From Candidatus Levybacteria bacterium CG2_30_37_29 (GTDB lineage: Bacteria; Patescibacteriota; Microgenomatia; Levybacterales; GWA1-39-11), in the NCBI GenBank assembly GCA_001873215.1, contig MNYS01000009.1, positions 67,654-131,653 on the forward strand: DNA of 64,000 nt, given 5' to 3'. The translations under genes were made by a program, and so were the position numbers. Within the stretch, counting starts at the first letter, position 1, and every line of letters starts with the position of its first letter. Under the pieces are notes generated by a model. It made no database searches and was not told where the DNA came from. It was given only the letters and a program-made list of their open reading frames with translations. Positions 9,194 to 18,968 of the stretch are shown piece by piece.

Positions 9194-11059
9194 ATGAGAA
9201 GAAAAACATTTCAGAAAATAAGAATAATTGCCGGCAATAAAAAGAAAACTAGATCTTTAGGTGCTTTTTCTTGTAATAAAAAAATCTATCTGTTTTTTCA
9301 GTTGTCTTCCGATTCACATTTTCAATTTCACGTTGCAACTAGTGTAGATGGCTTTTCTTTCGAGCTTGAAGAACATGATTGTTGCATAGAAAAAGGCGAA
9401 GTAACAAAAGAAGATATTACATTATGTTCCGACTTTAGCATTTTGGAACATGCAGGGCATTTTTTGCTGATGTATGTTCGAAAAGAAAATAAAAAATCGG
9501 TTATTGAAAAAGCTTGGTCCAAAGACTTATTTTCCTGGTCGTATGAAGGAAACATGATTTCTCTTAATCAGAAAGGGATTATTGTGCCAAGCTATGAATA
9601 TAAAAGAAAAAGCGTTCTGTATTCTTCAAATGTATCAATTTTTGCTTACTTTTCAAAGGATTTGATTCATTGGGAAAAAGAAGAAAAAAAACTATTGACC
9701 CCAAGAGATAATTTTTTTGATTCCGGAGAACTTATTGTAGAGCGTGTATTAAATTCCGAGAAAGGAATTTTACTTATATATAATTCAAAAGTTAAAGAAA
9801 CAGCCTTTACGGGGATGGCATTATTTGATAACGATGACCCTACTCGTCTTCTTTGGCAAAGCGCAGAGCCTATCTGGAGTCAGCCGCAAGAATGGAAAGG
9901 AAAAGAAGTACTCCTTGTTGGCTCAATCTTACATAATGGAAGCATTATCTCTTATTGGCAGGTGGAAAACGAAGGAATATATGCAGCAGCTTACGCGGTG
10001 TATAAAGTTTCTGACGGTCATACATCAAAAGATATTTCTTTGAGGCTTAAACGCGTAGGCAATAATCCGTTAATTTCTCCAAACAGTAAAAATGTATGGG
10101 AGTCCTTCAATACATTTAATCCTGCCGCAACATATGACGGCGATAAAGTACATATTTTATATAGGGCGCAAGGTTATGATTATGTTTCGGCGCTTGGATA
10201 TGCAATGAGCCGGGACGGAATTCATATAGATGAGCGTTTGGAGCAGCCTGTTTATATTCCTTCGCAGTCATTTGAGAACATTAACACCACAAAAGTATTT
10301 CAGGTTTCCGCCCAGTATGTTTCTGGAGGTGGATATGGGGGATGTGAAGATCCCCGAATTACACGTATTGATAACCGGTATTATTTGACATACGTTGCGT
10401 TTGATGGAATAAATCCTCCAAGAATTGCGCTTACCTCAATCTCAGCTTACGATTTTTTAAACAGGCGATGGTTATGGGAGCGGCCGGTTTTAATTTCTCC
10501 TCCGGGCATTGTAGATAAGAGTGCCGTTATTTTTCCTGAAAAAATAAACGGAAAATATGTAATTATGCATAGAATTTATCCCGATATTTTAATAGATTTT
10601 GTTGACAACCTAAATTTTGACGGAACGTTTTGGCTCAAAGGTGAATATAAAATCTCTCCTAGGCCCGACAAATGGGACAGTCGTAAAATCGGCGCCGGCG
10701 CCCCTCCTCTTAAAACAAAATATGGCTGGTTGCTTATTTATCAGTCGGTTGGAGAGCAAGATCCAGGGAGATACAAAATCGGAGCAATGTTATTAGACCT
10801 TTTAGATCCGACAAAAGTTCTTTATCGCAGTCAATCTCCTATTCTAGAACCAGAAGAGACTTATGAAAACGACGGTTTTAAATCCGGCGTTATTTATCCT
10901 TGTGGCGCGGTTATTATTGATGATACGCTCTATGTATATTATGGTGGAGCGGATTCATATGTGTGTGTTGCAACTGCAAAGCTTGAAGACTTTTTGACTG
11001 AACTTCGATACTCAGAAGTAGCAAGGCTTACAAAGCCTATTGTGGAAAAAATACTTTAA
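9194..11059 (+). CDS. tandem-domain GH130-family (DUF377) glycoside hydrolase/phosphorylase-like protein, with a divergent N-terminal domain
   Basis: 621 aa. The C-terminal domain has GCEDPRITRIDNRYYLTYVAFDG and FPEKINGKYVIMHRI motifs typical of GH130. The N-terminal domain is GH130-like but lacks the CEDPRI motif. Confidence 0.5.
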   Translation: MRRKTFQKIRIIAGNKKKTRSLGAFSCNKKIYLFFQLSSDSHFQFHVATSVDGFSFELEEHDCCIEKGEVTKEDITLCSDFSILEHAGHFLLMYVRKENKKSVIEKAWSKDLFSWSYEGNMISLNQKGIIVPSYEYKRKSVLYSSNVSIFAYFSKDLIHWEKEEKKLLTPRDNFFDSGELIVERVLNSEKGILLIYNSKVKETAFTGMALFDNDDPTRLLWQSAEPIWSQPQEWKGKEVLLVGSILHNGSIISYWQVENEGIYAAAYAVYKVSDGHTSKDISLRLKRVGNNPLISPNSKNVWESFNTFNPAATYDGDKVHILYRAQGYDYVSALGYAMSRDGIHIDERLEQPVYIPSQSFENINTTKVFQVSAQYVSGGGYGGCEDPRITRIDNRYYLTYVAFDGINPPRIALTSISAYDFLNRRWLWERPVLISPPGIVDKSAVIFPEKINGKYVIMHRIYPDILIDFVDNLNFDGTFWLKGEYKISPRPDKWDSRKIGAGAPPLKTKYGWLLIYQSVGEQDPGRYKIGAMLLDLLDPTKVLYRSQSPILEPEETYENDGFKSGVIYPCGAVIIDDTLYVYYGGADSYVCVATAKLEDFLTELRYSEVARLTKPIVEKIL

Positions 11060-11061
11060 CA

Positions 11062-13005
11062 ATGATTAATATTAAAAGAGATAGTCATAACCCAATTCTA
11101 AAACCTGATTCAAAAAGCCCCTGGGAGTCACAAGCAGTATTTAATGGAAGCGTTATAAAAGAAGACTTATACCATATGGTTTATAGAGCTCTCTCCGACA
11201 CGCAAAATTATGAAGGTAGGCAATTACAGCTTTCAACAATTGGATATGCCAAAAGCGCAGACGGTGTGATTTTTGACAACCGAAAGCAATTTATAAAACC
11301 GGAAATGGATTGGGAAAAATTCGGATGCGAAGATCCGCGAATCACAAAAATAGATGGAGAATATTTTGTTTTTTATACGGCATTATCCGATTATCCGTTT
11401 TATCCTGCGGCAATTAAAATCGGATTAGCGGTATTTTCTGATTTTACCAAACCTGTTGAAAAACATTTAGTGACACCATTTAACTCGAAGGCAATGACTC
11501 TTTTCCCTGAAAAAATAAACGGAAAGTACGCGGCTCTTATTACGGTTAATACTGATATTCCGCCCGCCCGTATATGCCTTGCTCTTTTTGACAAAAAAGA
11601 GGATATATGGTCTCAATCATATTGGAATAGATGGTATCAAAATCTGGCGGATCACATAATTCATTTACGGCGTATGAATTCCGATCAATTAGAGGTTGGC
11701 GCGACTCCTCTTCTTACGCAATATGGATGGCTTTTTATATATGCTCATATTCAACATTATAATAATTCTCAACATAAGATATTTGGAATAGAGGCGGTAT
11801 TGCTTGATTATGATAATCCGCAAAAAATTCTTGAAAGGATTGATTTTCCGATCATGATTCCTGAAAAGGAATATGAGGTAAAAGGTAACGTTCCAAATAT
11901 TGTTTTTCCTTCAGGGGCAACATTAGAAAATGATACCGTTTCACTCTATTACGGAGCTTCAGATTCGGTTTGTTGTCTTGCAACATTTTCGTTAAAAGAA
12001 CTTTTAAAAGAAATGCGGACAGATTCTTCTGTTGCAGTGAAAGCACAAAAACCTTTAGACACTCCGCTTTTTTTGCCTCTTCAATCTCATGAATGGGAAT
12101 CTAAAGCGGTATTAAATCCGGCAGCTTTCTACAATAAAGATACGATTTATTTGGTATATCGAGCTGTATCTTCAGACAACACCTCTGTTTTTGGATATGC
12201 TAGAAGCTTGGATGGAGTTTCGGTAGTTGGGCGGCGCGAAATGCCAATCTATGTTCCGCGAGCAGAATTTGAAATTAAAAAAAATCCCGGTGGAAATTCA
12301 GGGTGTGAAGATCCGCGAATTACGCAAATAGAAGACAGGCTTTATATGTGTTATACGGCCTATGACGGAGTCAATCCTCCCCGTGTAGCATTAACATCAA
12401 TTGCTGTTACGGATTTTCTCAACACTAATTTTAATTGGGTAGATCCTATTCTTATATCTCCACCCGGAATTGACGATAAAGACGCCGCTATTTTCCCCGA
12501 AAAAATAAAAGGGAAATATGTAATTATTCATAGAATACAAAATTCAATAGTGCTGGATTATGTTGAAAACCTAAATTTTACAGGGAAAAATTGGCTCAGA
12601 AGTATTTCGTATATTCCGCCACGCGGAGATTCATGGGACAGTGAAAAAATAGGCCTTTGTACTCCTCCTTTGAAAACAGCGGAAGGCTGGATACTTCTTT
12701 ACCACGGAGTTAGCAAGATAAGCCACGAATATCGTGTAGGAGCAATGCTTCTTGATTTAGAAGATCCGAGCAATGTTATTTCAAGAGCTCCATGGCCGAT
12801 TCTTGAGCCGGAATTACCGTTTGAGCGGGAAGGTATTGTTAAAAACGTTGTGTTTCCGTGCGGTGCGGTAGTAAAAGATGATACGCTTTTTATTTATTAC
12901 GGAGGGGCGGATAAGGTTGTATGTGTGGCAACAATTAAGCTTTCTTTATTATTAAATTATTTGCTTAGAGTGAAAAACAATAAGTTTTTATTGAGTTTAA
13001 AATAA
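11062..13005 (+). CDS. tandem-domain GH130-family glycoside hydrolase/phosphorylase-like protein (two GH130 domains)
   Basis: 647 aa. Two repeats each carry GCEDPRIT(K/Q)I... and FPEKI(N/K)GKY motifs. Paralog of the preceding gene. Confidence 0.55.
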   Translation: MINIKRDSHNPILKPDSKSPWESQAVFNGSVIKEDLYHMVYRALSDTQNYEGRQLQLSTIGYAKSADGVIFDNRKQFIKPEMDWEKFGCEDPRITKIDGEYFVFYTALSDYPFYPAAIKIGLAVFSDFTKPVEKHLVTPFNSKAMTLFPEKINGKYAALITVNTDIPPARICLALFDKKEDIWSQSYWNRWYQNLADHIIHLRRMNSDQLEVGATPLLTQYGWLFIYAHIQHYNNSQHKIFGIEAVLLDYDNPQKILERIDFPIMIPEKEYEVKGNVPNIVFPSGATLENDTVSLYYGASDSVCCLATFSLKELLKEMRTDSSVAVKAQKPLDTPLFLPLQSHEWESKAVLNPAAFYNKDTIYLVYRAVSSDNTSVFGYARSLDGVSVVGRREMPIYVPRAEFEIKKNPGGNSGCEDPRITQIEDRLYMCYTAYDGVNPPRVALTSIAVTDFLNTNFNWVDPILISPPGIDDKDAAIFPEKIKGKYVIIHRIQNSIVLDYVENLNFTGKNWLRSISYIPPRGDSWDSEKIGLCTPPLKTAEGWILLYHGVSKISHEYRVGAMLLDLEDPSNVISRAPWPILEPELPFEREGIVKNVVFPCGAVVKDDTLFIYYGGADKVVCVATIKLSLLLNYLLRVKNNKFLLSLK

Positions 13006-13170
13006 AAATTAAATCCCCAAAACAATCAAATATTGGCGCGGTTTGAGTAAATTCAGAAAAAGTGATATAGTTCCCCCGTAAAACACAAATGAAACAGAAA
13101 GGATTCATAAGAACGGGAAATTAATAGATGTTTCCTTTACAATTTCCTCTATTAAAACAAAGCGCGGTAA

Positions 13171-13436
13171 GCTTTTGGGTTTTCAACAATAACACGGGAT
13201 ATCACAAAGAAAAAAATAGTTGAAGTTTATTTTAGGGACGAAGGGGAAAGAATCCCAAAAGAAAAAAGGAAATCTATATTCAAAAGATTTTATCAGCTAA
13301 TAACCCATTCAGAGAAGGGTTTTGGGCTTGGGCTTTATATCTCAGAGGAAATAATTAAAAGCCATAAAGGAAAGATTTGGGTTGATTCTACGGTGGGCAA
13401 AGGGAGCACCTTTTATTTTACCCTCCATACTTGTTA
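13171..13436 (+). pseudogene. C-terminal fragment of a sensor histidine kinase (HATPase_c), no start codon
   Basis: Translates to ...IVEVYFRDEGERIPKEKRKSIFKRFYQL...GFGLGLYISEEIIKSHKGKIWVDSTVGKGSTFYFTL*, the G1/G2 boxes of a histidine kinase ATPase. The frame opens right after a stop and there is no Met or H-box. Confidence 0.5.
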
Positions 13437-13464
13437 AAAAATTTTTATTGCCGTAATAATGTTG

Positions 13465-13662
13465 TTAGGCAAGTTTTACATTTTTTGCGCTTGGGCCTTT
13501 TTCTCCATCCACAACGTCAAATGTAACTGCTGCTCCAACCTGAAGCTCATCAAAAGTCACGCCGACCAAATCTGTAGAGTGAAAGAAAAGATCTTTTGTT
13601 TCTCCGTCACGAGAAATAAATCCAAATCCTCTATCTGTTTTTGTCTTAATTGTTCCGTTCAT
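13465..13662 (-). CDS. csp: cold-shock protein (CspA family)
   Basis: 65 aa. MNGTIKTKTDRGFGFISRDGETKDLFFHSTD... includes the RNP1 motif GFGFI. Confidence 0.85.
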   Translation of the reverse strand: MNGTIKTKTDRGFGFISRDGETKDLFFHSTDLVGVTFDELQVGAAVTFDVVDGEKGPSAKNVKLA

Positions 13663-13777
13663 GTAAATCCACCTCCTTTCACTATTTATACTATAACATT
13701 TTATAGGAAAATTATCGAATTACGATAGAGTGTGTCGATATATTATTATGTTTGCGAGTTAAACACGAGGAATAGTT

Positions 13778-13900
13778 TTATTTGCGGTGTTTTTTTGCTT
13801 TTTTTGCGGCAAGCATTGCGTGTTTTATCGCAAGACGTTTTTTGGTCTTATGTGAATGAGTTCTCTGTTTTTTTCCAACTCCCGTAGCTCTTTTTGCCAT
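13778..13900 (-). CDS. small highly basic protein (40 aa), possibly a ribosomal or nucleic-acid-binding protein
   Basis: Hand translation MAKRATGVGKKQRTHSHKTKKRLAIKHAMLAAKKAKKHRK*. Absent from the ORF track because it is under 60 aa. Family not recognised. Confidence 0.3.
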   Translation of the reverse strand: MAKRATGVGKKQRTHSHKTKKRLAIKHAMLAAKKAKKHRK

Positions 13901-14052
13901 AAGCTTATTATATTCCTCTCGTGAAAGGAATACCAGAGTCTATTATGAAAATGTGATACATTTTAAGTAATGAAGAAAATCTAGATTATTAGTTTTGCCT
14001 CTACTTCGCAGAGATAAGAGACCAGCCCCACCAGTAACTAAGATTTTAATTG

Positions 14053-14298
14053 TTATTTTTTGATTTTTTTGAAGATTAGCATTATTAAATAAAATATTCC
14101 GTACCAAATGATTAAATCTAAAATTATTATTACGATTGGCTCTAACGGAGAAATACTATAATCCGAGGTTGTAAACCATATAGGAAATCCAGAATAATGT
14201 TCGCACCACATAGGATCTACGCAACTACTTCTCCTAAATAAAAATGTCAAAAACGTGACAACGACAGCTGGAATAATTAGATAAAGTTTTTGCTTCAT
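14053..14298 (-). CDS. small membrane protein, hypothetical
   Basis: 81 aa with two hydrophobic helices. Confidence 0.3.
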   Translation of the reverse strand: MKQKLYLIIPAVVVTFLTFLFRRSSCVDPMWCEHYSGFPIWFTTSDYSISPLEPIVIIILDLIIWYGIFYLIMLIFKKIKK

Positions 14299-14393
14299 AT
14301 TGTGATTATACCAAATGAGCTACTGTTTTATTTTTTTCCACCCTACAACTAAAGGAAGCGCGAAGGTCAAAGCAAGATGGCTTACAAAAGAAG

Positions 14394-14645
14394 ATGGGAA
14401 AGCTTCAGATTGCCGATGAGGAATACTATATAAGCTCAGAATACTTACTAAACCTTGCTAAAAGAGCGTCAGAATTATTTGAATGTTCTGAACCGATTGA
14501 AAAAAGGCAACTTTTGAAGTTTACACTTCAGAACTTACGGGTTGATGGCAGTTTAGTGCGATATGACGAGCTAAAACCATTTGACACTATCCGTCTTTAT
14601 GCTTCTCGTCAAGCTTGGCTCCCCCGTGAGGATTTCCGCCAGTAG
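14394..14645 (+). pseudogene. orphan 83-aa ORF, possibly a C-terminal remnant of a recombinase/integrase-like gene next to a tRNA
   Basis: MGKLQIADEEYYISSEYLLNLAKRASELFE... has no N-terminal catalytic region. It lies immediately upstream of tRNA-Asn, a typical integration locus. The domain assignment is weak. Confidence 0.2.
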
Positions 14646-14685
14646 GCGGATAAACTCCCCTAAAGTTTGCGCTTTAAAGACTAAG

Positions 14686-14757
14686 CTCCGCGGGTAGGAT
14701 TCGAACCTACGACCAGTCGCTTAACAGGCGAACGCTCTACCACTGAGCTACCGCGGA
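14686..14757 (-). tRNA. tRNA-Asn (GTT)
   Basis: Manual fold of the reverse complement: acceptor TCCGCGG/CCGCGGA, D arm GCTCAGTGGTAGAGC, anticodon loop CTGTTAA, T arm GGTTCGAATCC. Confidence 0.8.
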
Positions 14758-14869
14758 GTTTAGCCCTCAATAATATGTTTTCTTACAAACGCTATTCCCA
14801 ATTTGGAATTCAGAACTAGTGAGATATTTTAACTTTTTTGAGGCAAGTTTACAAGATGGGGCTGAAAAT

Positions 14870-15883
14870 TTAAGCTGTCAAAATCGTTCCCAAAGCATCT
14901 GATAGCTTTTGAGGATCATGCCTTACTATTTTATATCCGTTTTCTGCCTCAACAACTTTTGTAGCGCGATGTGTAATGATTCTAATTCCCTTATCTTGTG
15001 CTTTGTATAATTCTTGTGAATTCCAGCCTAAAAAATGAGAATGTTCTTGGTTGTACAATGCGGATACATCAGGATACTTTGACTCAAAACTTTCCCTGCT
15101 TATTTCCGGAACAATTAATCCGTCAGGTTTTTTTCCGGAATATTTTTCAACAATCTCAGCAAATTGTACTGGAGTTAAATTGTGGGTTTCATTTCTTGCA
15201 CTAACAAGATTTGTAACCAAAAAAAGTTTTGTTTTTGACCGCGCAAGCGCTTCTTTCATGCCGTTGGGTAAAAAATTAGAAAGCACGGATCCATGAAGAC
15301 TTCCACAGGAGAGAATAGTAACTTGAGCGTTTGCGATTGCGTCAGCAGCAGGAGTATAAGCGTCAACTGACGGATCAAGATACATATTAATTACAATGTC
15401 CTCTGACATCCTGTGCTCATCCAGTAAATGTTCTCCTAAAAAATTTCTTCCTGACGTCGTAGTAAAGGCGATGTTGGTTGGTTTTGTCGAGGAGGGAAAA
15501 ACATGTCCCTGAAGATCTATTCCAAGATTTTCAATTATTTCTTCAATTTGAGAAAAGCCTTTAATCGGATCAAAAAACCTGCTAAAAATATCTTGTCCCA
15601 AAACTCTATCTCGTGAGTCACGATGATTGAATAGCTCCAAAAGGGCTTGGTAATTTTTTGCAGCTCTCTTATCAGGCGAAACAAGAGAAAATAAATTGCG
15701 CATCGCATCGCTATAGGCAATTTCTCTTCCGAAAGAATCAAGTCTTCGTCTGCCCGTTGCTCCTCCGGAATCAAATACCGCCGCTACAGCATTAATTTTG
15801 TCAACTTTTTGTGTTAGCAGAAGTGCTTCGTTAATAACCGGGGACCCGTTTCCCCCACCGACAGTTACAATTTCTTTTGACAT
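14870..15883 (-). CDS. YvcK/CofD-family (UPF0052) gluconeogenesis-factor-like protein
   Basis: 337 aa. N-terminal GGGNG and FDSGGATGRRRLD motifs match the YvcK/CofD family. Confidence 0.55.
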   Translation of the reverse strand: MSKEIVTVGGGNGSPVINEALLLTQKVDKINAVAAVFDSGGATGRRRLDSFGREIAYSDAMRNLFSLVSPDKRAAKNYQALLELFNHRDSRDRVLGQDIFSRFFDPIKGFSQIEEIIENLGIDLQGHVFPSSTKPTNIAFTTTSGRNFLGEHLLDEHRMSEDIVINMYLDPSVDAYTPAADAIANAQVTILSCGSLHGSVLSNFLPNGMKEALARSKTKLFLVTNLVSARNETHNLTPVQFAEIVEKYSGKKPDGLIVPEISRESFESKYPDVSALYNQEHSHFLGWNSQELYKAQDKGIRIITHRATKVVEAENGYKIVRHDPQKLSDALGTILTA

Positions 15884-15937
15884 ATAAAGATAGGAAAGAA
15901 TTATAGCACTTAGAAGGATTAAACAACAGCGATTTTT

Positions 15938-17035
15938 CTATTCAAGATAATCCCTCAGCTTATTCCCGCGAGATGGGTGGCGGAGTTTTCTTAGAGCCTT
16001 TGCTTCGATTTGCCTTATTCGCTCACGGGTAACTGCGAACATTCTTCCAACCTCTTCAAGAGTCTTTGGTTTTCCATCTCTTAATCCAAATCTTTCTTCA
16101 AGCACTCTTCTTTCTCTATCAGATAAAGTTCCAAGTACTTGTCCCAGCTGTTCTTTGAGAAGTCCGCGGGACGCGGTATCAAAAAGAGTTGGCGCCGTAA
16201 TGTCATAAACAAAATCCCCAAGATAACTATCCTCTTCATCTCCAACGGGCGTATCAAGGCTTGCAGGCTGTTGTGAAATTTTTATAATTTCCCGCGCTTT
16301 ATCAGGGTCAATTTCTAAAATTTCCGCAATTTCTTCAGGTGTTGGTTGGCGTCCAAGTTCTTGCATAAGCTTTCTTTGAACTCTCATAAAGCGGTTAATA
16401 TTCTCAACCATATGTACGGGAATTCTAATTGTTCTTGCTTGGTCTGCGATTGCGCGTGTTATGGCTTGTCTTATCCACCAAGTTGCATAAGTTGAAAATT
16501 TAAACCCTTTTTTCCAGTCATACTTCTCAACTGCGCGGATCAAGCCCTGGTTTCCTTCCTGAATTAAATCAAGCAAAGTCATTCCTCTCCCGACATATTT
16601 TTTTGCAATTGAGACAACAAGACGGAGATTTGATTCAACAAGTTTTTTTCGTGCCGCAAGATCTCCTTTTTCTATTGCTTTTGCAAGGTTTACTTCTTCT
16701 TCAAAAGTTAAAAGAGGGATTCGTCCAATCTCCTTTAAATACATGCGAACAGGGTCAGTTACTGCTCCACCCTGAATAATATTTAACGCCTCAAGTTCTT
16801 TTTCAAGATCCTCAATTGATTTTTGGGAGTCTTTTTCTTCTTCAACTGTTTCGAAAATATCTATGTTTTTTTTAAGAAGCTGTGCGTAAAGAAAATCAAG
16901 TTCTGCTATATGTTCTTCGGGTTTTAAGAAAGTGTTGAGGATTTCTTCTTGGGAAATATATCCCCTTTTTTTTGCAATTGAGAGTAGTTCTTCAACCCTG
17001 TGTGTTTTGAGGTTTGCGTTTGCGCCGGCCTTCAT
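15938..17035 (-). CDS. rpoD: RNA polymerase sigma-70 factor RpoD/SigA
   Basis: 365 aa. Region 2.4/3/4 motifs ([29 protein letters not shown]). Sits in the dnaG-rpoD arrangement. Confidence 0.9.
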   Translation of the reverse strand: MKAGANANLKTHRVEELLSIAKKRGYISQEEILNTFLKPEEHIAELDFLYAQLLKKNIDIFETVEEEKDSQKSIEDLEKELEALNIIQGGAVTDPVRMYLKEIGRIPLLTFEEEVNLAKAIEKGDLAARKKLVESNLRLVVSIAKKYVGRGMTLLDLIQEGNQGLIRAVEKYDWKKGFKFSTYATWWIRQAITRAIADQARTIRIPVHMVENINRFMRVQRKLMQELGRQPTPEEIAEILEIDPDKAREIIKISQQPASLDTPVGDEEDSYLGDFVYDITAPTLFDTASRGLLKEQLGQVLGTLSDRERRVLEERFGLRDGKPKTLEEVGRMFAVTRERIRQIEAKALRKLRHPSRGNKLRDYLE

Positions 17036-17095
17036 ACTTGTATATTGTACCGTATTTGAGGCTTGCTGGCAAGCCTATATAATAATTGCTAATAT

Positions 17096-18853
17096 TTATG
17101 ACGAAGATAATTTTTCAGCAAGCGACTTAAATTCCTCCCGAAGGCGTGATACGTTTTCCTCCTGACCGTTTTTTTCCTCGTTTTTTACTTCCTCTGTAAG
17201 GTTTTTCAGACGCGACTTAATAGCAAGACTTCGTACCTCAGAAAGCGTTTTATCAAACTCTATGCTTATTCCTGCATCTTCTGAAAATGACGGAATAGGC
17301 GCAAGAAAACATGTATCACTTGCAGGAACAAGTTCTGCAGGAAGAGTTTTTGTAAAAGCTTCAATGGAAAATTCGCTTGAGGAATCAGAACAGGAAACAA
17401 GATGGGAAAATAATTGTGAATAAGAAAGGGTTGTAAGAGGAATGTCCAAAAGCGCGATTTCTGCTTTTTTTATCAAATCTCGTGGATTTTTTGATTGAAG
17501 AATAATTGAAATAAGGTATCCTTCCAGTACTTCCTGCCGGGGTAATTTTTTTGCGGTTTCGTCTGCATCCTCTTTTTCTTGCGGTTTTTTGATCTTTTCA
17601 ACTTCTCTTAAAATTGCGTCAAGGGAAGCGTCAAGTACTCCTGCAAGCTTTTTAAGATAATGCTCTTTTAACACCTCATTTTCTATGCCCCACAAAAAAG
17701 GAAGTGTTTTTTCAAGAATTTTTTTCTTTCCCTCCGCGCTTTTTGAATCGAATTGCCCAAATGCCGAGTCAATAATAAAATCATAAATGTTAGTGTCATT
17801 CTTAACCGCCTTTTTAAAAGCAATAGGATTTTCCCGCAAAATTTCATCCGGGTCTTTTCCTTCAGGCGGAACAACAACCGTTGCCCCAACACCTTCTTTT
17901 TCAATTAATTCAATTGACCTTCTTTGCGCTTCTGTTCCGGCCGGGTCGGTGTCAAAACAAAATACGAGCTTTTGCGTAAATCTTTTTAAAAGTTTTATTT
18001 GGTTTTCGGTAAGGGATGTTCCTTTGACCGCAACGATATTTGAAATTCCCTCTTTGTGTGCGGTAATTACATCAAACTCTCCTTCAACAACAATAACTTT
18101 CCCCTCTTTTTTTATTGCATCACGCGCTTGTGGAAGACCAAACACAGTGTCGCCTTTTATGTAAACAAGTGTTTCGCGGGTATTAACGTATTTTGGGAGG
18201 GCGGCGTCAAGTACTCGTCCTGAAAACGCAATTATATTTGAGCGGGCATCTTGGATTGGAAAAATAATCCTCTCGTAAAAAAAATCAATAAGCCTCCCGC
18301 CTCTTCTGAAAGCAAGTCCTGCCTTTTCAATATCTTCTTCTTTGTATTTTTTCTTTTTTACCAAATATTCTGAAAGCGAACTTTTTGAAGGCGCGTACCC
18401 AATCATAAAAGTATTTATAAGGGCAAGGGGAATTTTTCTCTCTTGCGTAAGATATAAAAGAGCTTTTTTTCCGACAGGGTGTTTTGTGAGTAAAAAGTTA
18501 TAAAATTGGGCGGCAAGATTATTTGCCGAGTAAATAGTTTCTTTTACATTTTCGCGTTCTGTTCTGAATGCGCTTTGGGTAAGTTCTATTCCTGCTTTTT
18601 GGGCAAGAAGTTTTAGTGTCTGCCCAAACTCAAGGTGTTCATATTCTTGAACAAAAGTAAAAATATCCCCGCCCTTTGCGCATCCAAAACAATGCCAAAT
18701 TTGGCGCTCCGGTGAAACAGTGAAAGAAGGGGATTTTTCAGAATGGAAAGGACAAACTGCCTTGAAATTTCGTCCGCCCTTTTTTAGAGGAATAAATTCC
18801 CCGATAACATCAACAATATCAAGTTTTTGTTTGACTTTTTCAACATCATCCAT
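17096..18853 (-). CDS. dnaG: DNA primase
   Basis: 585 aa. Zinc ribbon CPFHSEKSPSFTV...CFGC. Toprim domain EGEFDVITAHKEG. Confidence 0.9.
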   Translation of the reverse strand: MDDVEKVKQKLDIVDVIGEFIPLKKGGRNFKAVCPFHSEKSPSFTVSPERQIWHCFGCAKGGDIFTFVQEYEHLEFGQTLKLLAQKAGIELTQSAFRTERENVKETIYSANNLAAQFYNFLLTKHPVGKKALLYLTQERKIPLALINTFMIGYAPSKSSLSEYLVKKKKYKEEDIEKAGLAFRRGGRLIDFFYERIIFPIQDARSNIIAFSGRVLDAALPKYVNTRETLVYIKGDTVFGLPQARDAIKKEGKVIVVEGEFDVITAHKEGISNIVAVKGTSLTENQIKLLKRFTQKLVFCFDTDPAGTEAQRRSIELIEKEGVGATVVVPPEGKDPDEILRENPIAFKKAVKNDTNIYDFIIDSAFGQFDSKSAEGKKKILEKTLPFLWGIENEVLKEHYLKKLAGVLDASLDAILREVEKIKKPQEKEDADETAKKLPRQEVLEGYLISIILQSKNPRDLIKKAEIALLDIPLTTLSYSQLFSHLVSCSDSSSEFSIEAFTKTLPAELVPASDTCFLAPIPSFSEDAGISIEFDKTLSEVRSLAIKSRLKNLTEEVKNEEKNGQEENVSRLREEFKSLAEKLSSS

Positions 18854-18968
18854 AAGTTAGGTAATAGGTATTAGTTAATAGGTAATAGTTTGATTCTTGA
18901 AGTATTATACATCACCCCACAAAACCTGAATACTTGATACTTTCTACATAATACTTAATACTAGAATA

